A DNA stretch of 64,000 bases, taken from positions 83,388-147,387 of the forward strand of contig CAWJRG010000006.1 in the NCBI GenBank assembly GCA_963845185.1. The letters are read 5' to 3'. A model generated the notes under the pieces. The model saw nothing but the letters and a program-made list of their open reading frames with translations, made no database searches and was not told where the DNA came from. Shown piece by piece: positions 61,691-64,000 of this stretch; the first letter of the stretch is position 1, and each line of letters opens with the position of its first letter. Source of the DNA: an uncultured bacterium. GTDB lineage: Bacteria; Oederibacteriota; PGYV01; CAWJRG01. The translations under genes and the position numbers were made by a program.

Positions 61691-61802
61691 AGCATTTGGT
61701 TTTATCGGCGGTTATTAAAATCTTGATAAGCGCAAATGAAAGTAATATAATAATATTACTGAATTAGTTGTTTATTTTAAATAAAATCGCGAGGTGTTCA
61801 GA

Positions 61803-62216
61803 ATGCCTGAATTATTAAGATTTGGAGTTTCATTGGACAGCCACCTTCTTAAAAAATTTGATAACCACGTTAAAAATAACAAATATCCAACAAGGTCAAA
61901 AGCCATAGCCGATTTGATAAGAAAGGTATTTGTGGAACAAGAATGGGAGGATGGCAAAAATGTAGCTGGAGCCATAATAATTGTTTATGACCATCACAAG
62001 AGAGATCTAGTAAATAAGTTGATTAACACACAACACGATTTTCAGGACATTATAATAGCCTCACAGCATGTTCATCTTGATCACAACAATTGTCTCGAAG
62101 TGGTCGTTGTAAAGGGGAAAACGTCAAAAATTCGTGAGCTGGCGTCGATTTTAAAGTCCGCAAAAGGAGTAAAACACGCAGCTTTATCCGCCGCCACAAC
62201 TGGTAAAAATTTTTAA
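61803..62216 (+). CDS. nikR: Nickel-responsive repressor NikR
   Basis: RFGVS RHH, RSKAIADL, YDHH, HVHLDHNNCLE. Confidence 0.95.
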   Translation: MPELLRFGVSLDSHLLKKFDNHVKNNKYPTRSKAIADLIRKVFVEQEWEDGKNVAGAIIIVYDHHKRDLVNKLINTQHDFQDIIIASQHVHLDHNNCLEVVVVKGKTSKIRELASILKSAKGVKHAALSAATTGKNF

Positions 62217-62290
62217 TTCCATGTCAGCAATTCTATACTTATAATAATTAAACAATGTGGAAAAATCCTGTTGACATCTGGCTTCTATTC

Positions 62291-62317
62291 GTGCTACATT
62301 TTTTATAAACGTGGCAC
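62291..62317 (+). promoter_or_regulatory. Putative NikR operator GTGCTAC-N13-GTGGCAC overlapping a -10 box
   Basis: Imperfect inverted repeat overlapping TACATT, downstream of TTGACA 62271, before nickel-uptake genes. Confidence 0.65.
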
Positions 62318-62332
62318 GAAAGGAGCAATGGT

Positions 62333-63022
62333 ATGAATAAAGAAGGGTTAATATTAGCTTTGTTTTTTGTTCTTTTCGTCGTGGATAATGTATTTGCCTC
62401 AAGACCGCTTTCTACCGACGACGCGTACACAATCGAAAACGGCAAGACCGAGATAGAGCTGGGCTATGATTTTGTAGGAGGAACGGCTGGAGAAGATAAT
62501 ACACATATGGCCGGCATCCAGGTAGGACACGGCATTACGGAAAAGATGGACATAAAGGTCGTATTCCCCTATTCCGTGAGCCCAGCAAGAGGCGCGGAAG
62601 GTGTTTTAATCGGCTTAAAGCTGACGGTTTTAAGTGAAGCCGAAAATATACCCAGCGCTGCGGTGAGCGTTTTTACCGAGCCGGGGCAGCCGGAATACTC
62701 GGTAAACGGCATAATCTCAAAAACGCTGGGTTCTGTCAGCCTGTACCTGAATTTTGGCTATGAATCAACTGGTGTTCCGGGTGAGCAGGGAGGATATACA
62801 TGTTCGATAGCCGGGGATTACAATATAACCGAAAATATCTCGATCGGAGCGGAAATAATTGACTCAACGGAAGAAAAGTTTATTCATCATAATGTTACGC
62901 CGTTTATAGGCGCACGTTTTTCAGTGGCAGAATGGATCACGATAGATGCAGGAACAGGAATTAACTTTAGCAAAGAATCTCGATTAGTTCATGTGACATC
63001 TGGATTGACGTTAAAAATATAA
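62333..63022 (+). CDS. Putative outer-membrane transporter/porin-family protein
   Basis: Signal peptide, RPLSTDDA N-terminal motif, alternating beta-strands. Confidence 0.65.
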   Translation: MNKEGLILALFFVLFVVDNVFASRPLSTDDAYTIENGKTEIELGYDFVGGTAGEDNTHMAGIQVGHGITEKMDIKVVFPYSVSPARGAEGVLIGLKLTVLSEAENIPSAAVSVFTEPGQPEYSVNGIISKTLGSVSLYLNFGYESTGVPGEQGGYTCSIAGDYNITENISIGAEIIDSTEEKFIHHNVTPFIGARFSVAEWITIDAGTGINFSKESRLVHVTSGLTLKI

Positions 63023-63038
63023 TTAAAAGGAGGAATAT

Positions 63039-63724
63039 ATGCACATACCTGATGGTTATCTCGGCCCACCTACCTGTGCCGTAGCTTTTGCGGCTATGGT
63101 ACCTATTTGGACGGTTGCCGTAAATAAGGTTAGGAAAACGCTCAAGACAAAACAGGTCCCTTTACTTGCATTAGGAGCGGCGTTTAGTTTTGTTATAATG
63201 ATGTTCAATGTCCCTATACCTGGAGGTACGACCGGTCATGCTGTAGGCGGTGTTATCATCGCAATACTGCTTGGCCCATGGGCTGCGTGCATAGCTATTA
63301 CCGTAGCGCTCGTGATACAAGCGTTGCTTTTTGGTGACGGTGGAATCACAGCATTGGGCGCAAACTGTTTTAATATGGCTTTTGTCATTCCATTTACTGG
63401 CTACTATCTGTATAAACTTTTTGCTGGAAAGTCAAAAATTGGCTCAATGCGGCAAATAATATCAGCTGGGGCCGCAGGATACCTAGGAATAAACCTTGCG
63501 GCCTTTTGTGCAGGAGTGAATTCGGTTTACAACCTATTTTTCATCACACAGTATCCGGCCAATCTTTGTATTGTCCTTACGGTTTGAACGTGGCGGTACC
63601 AGCAATGTTGCTTGAGCACATAATACTTTTCGGCTGGGTGGAAGCAATCGTGACGGCGTTGGTGCTTGTTTACATCGGAAAACAAATGCCCAAGCTATTA
63701 CAGAACGGGGGTGCAGATAAATGA
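63039..63724 (+). CDS. cbiM: Ni/Co ECF transporter substrate component (CbiM/NikM), frameshift near 63517
   Basis: MHIPDGYL, GTTGH, QALLFGDGG; one added base gives GVEFGLQP...HIILFGWVEA. Confidence 0.88.
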
Positions 63725-64000
63725 AGCCAACGATAAAATTGTGGATAGGACTAGCAGTGTTGGCAATCCTGTCACCGCTTGGATTGCAAGGCCGTTATTT
63801 TTTAAGGCCGGGGCTGCGTGGGGCGAGTGGGGCACTTATGAAATAAAACAAATTGCAGGCTATGTTCCAGAGAAACTGAAAAAATTATCGGAATTATGGA
63901 AAGCTCCAATGCCTGATTACTCTTTTGCGGGCTGGGAGAATAAAAACATGGAGCATTTGAGCTTTGCTTATATTTGTTCGGCAATTTTAGGCATAATAGT
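63721..64000 (+). CDS. NikN/PDGLE-type component, frameshifted near 63790 and 3'-truncated
   Basis: MKPTIKLWIGLAVLAILSPLG, then AGAAWGEWG...WKAPMPDY in another frame. Confidence 0.7.

Noticed and set aside
62217..62332. Cobalamin riboswitch before the cbiM-like operon
   Set aside because: Short leader with no B12-box visible; nikR and an operator-like palindrome favour nickel control

Overview
Bacterial chromosomal window from a diderm organism (outer-membrane beta-barrels, OmpA domain). The Thr/Pro-linker secreted proteins suggest a candidate phylum such as Goldiibacteriota or Firestonebacteria, but this is inference only. Housekeeping genes (trxB, aroQ, serA, purA, aconitase, bioY, rpoN, tRNA-Val, tRNA-Leu) are mixed with four other elements. 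(1) A putative type IX-like export module: a PorV/PorQ-family barrel fused to Ig-like and OmpA domains, plus six modular secreted proteins built as signal peptide, effector (Cys peptidase, S53 peptidase, NHL or PQQ-type propellers, lectin-like), Thr/Pro linker and a conserved PNP-containing C-terminal domain of two subtypes. Four of these transcription units carry the same G(G/A)AAC-N17-GTCTAA ECF-type promoter motif. (2) Many GT-C/O-antigen-ligase/TPR glycosylation genes. (3) Nickel genes (hypA, hypB, nikR, nikM/N-like), including an unannotated 22-codon MCKTCGCG micro-ORF before hypA. (4) Mobile DNA: an IS1182-family element, a 116-bp MITE with related ends, an IS21-family element lacking a clear right end, and several REP-like palindromes, one inside a coding sequence. 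About 11 small indels split otherwise intact genes and are most simply explained as sequencing or assembly errors.
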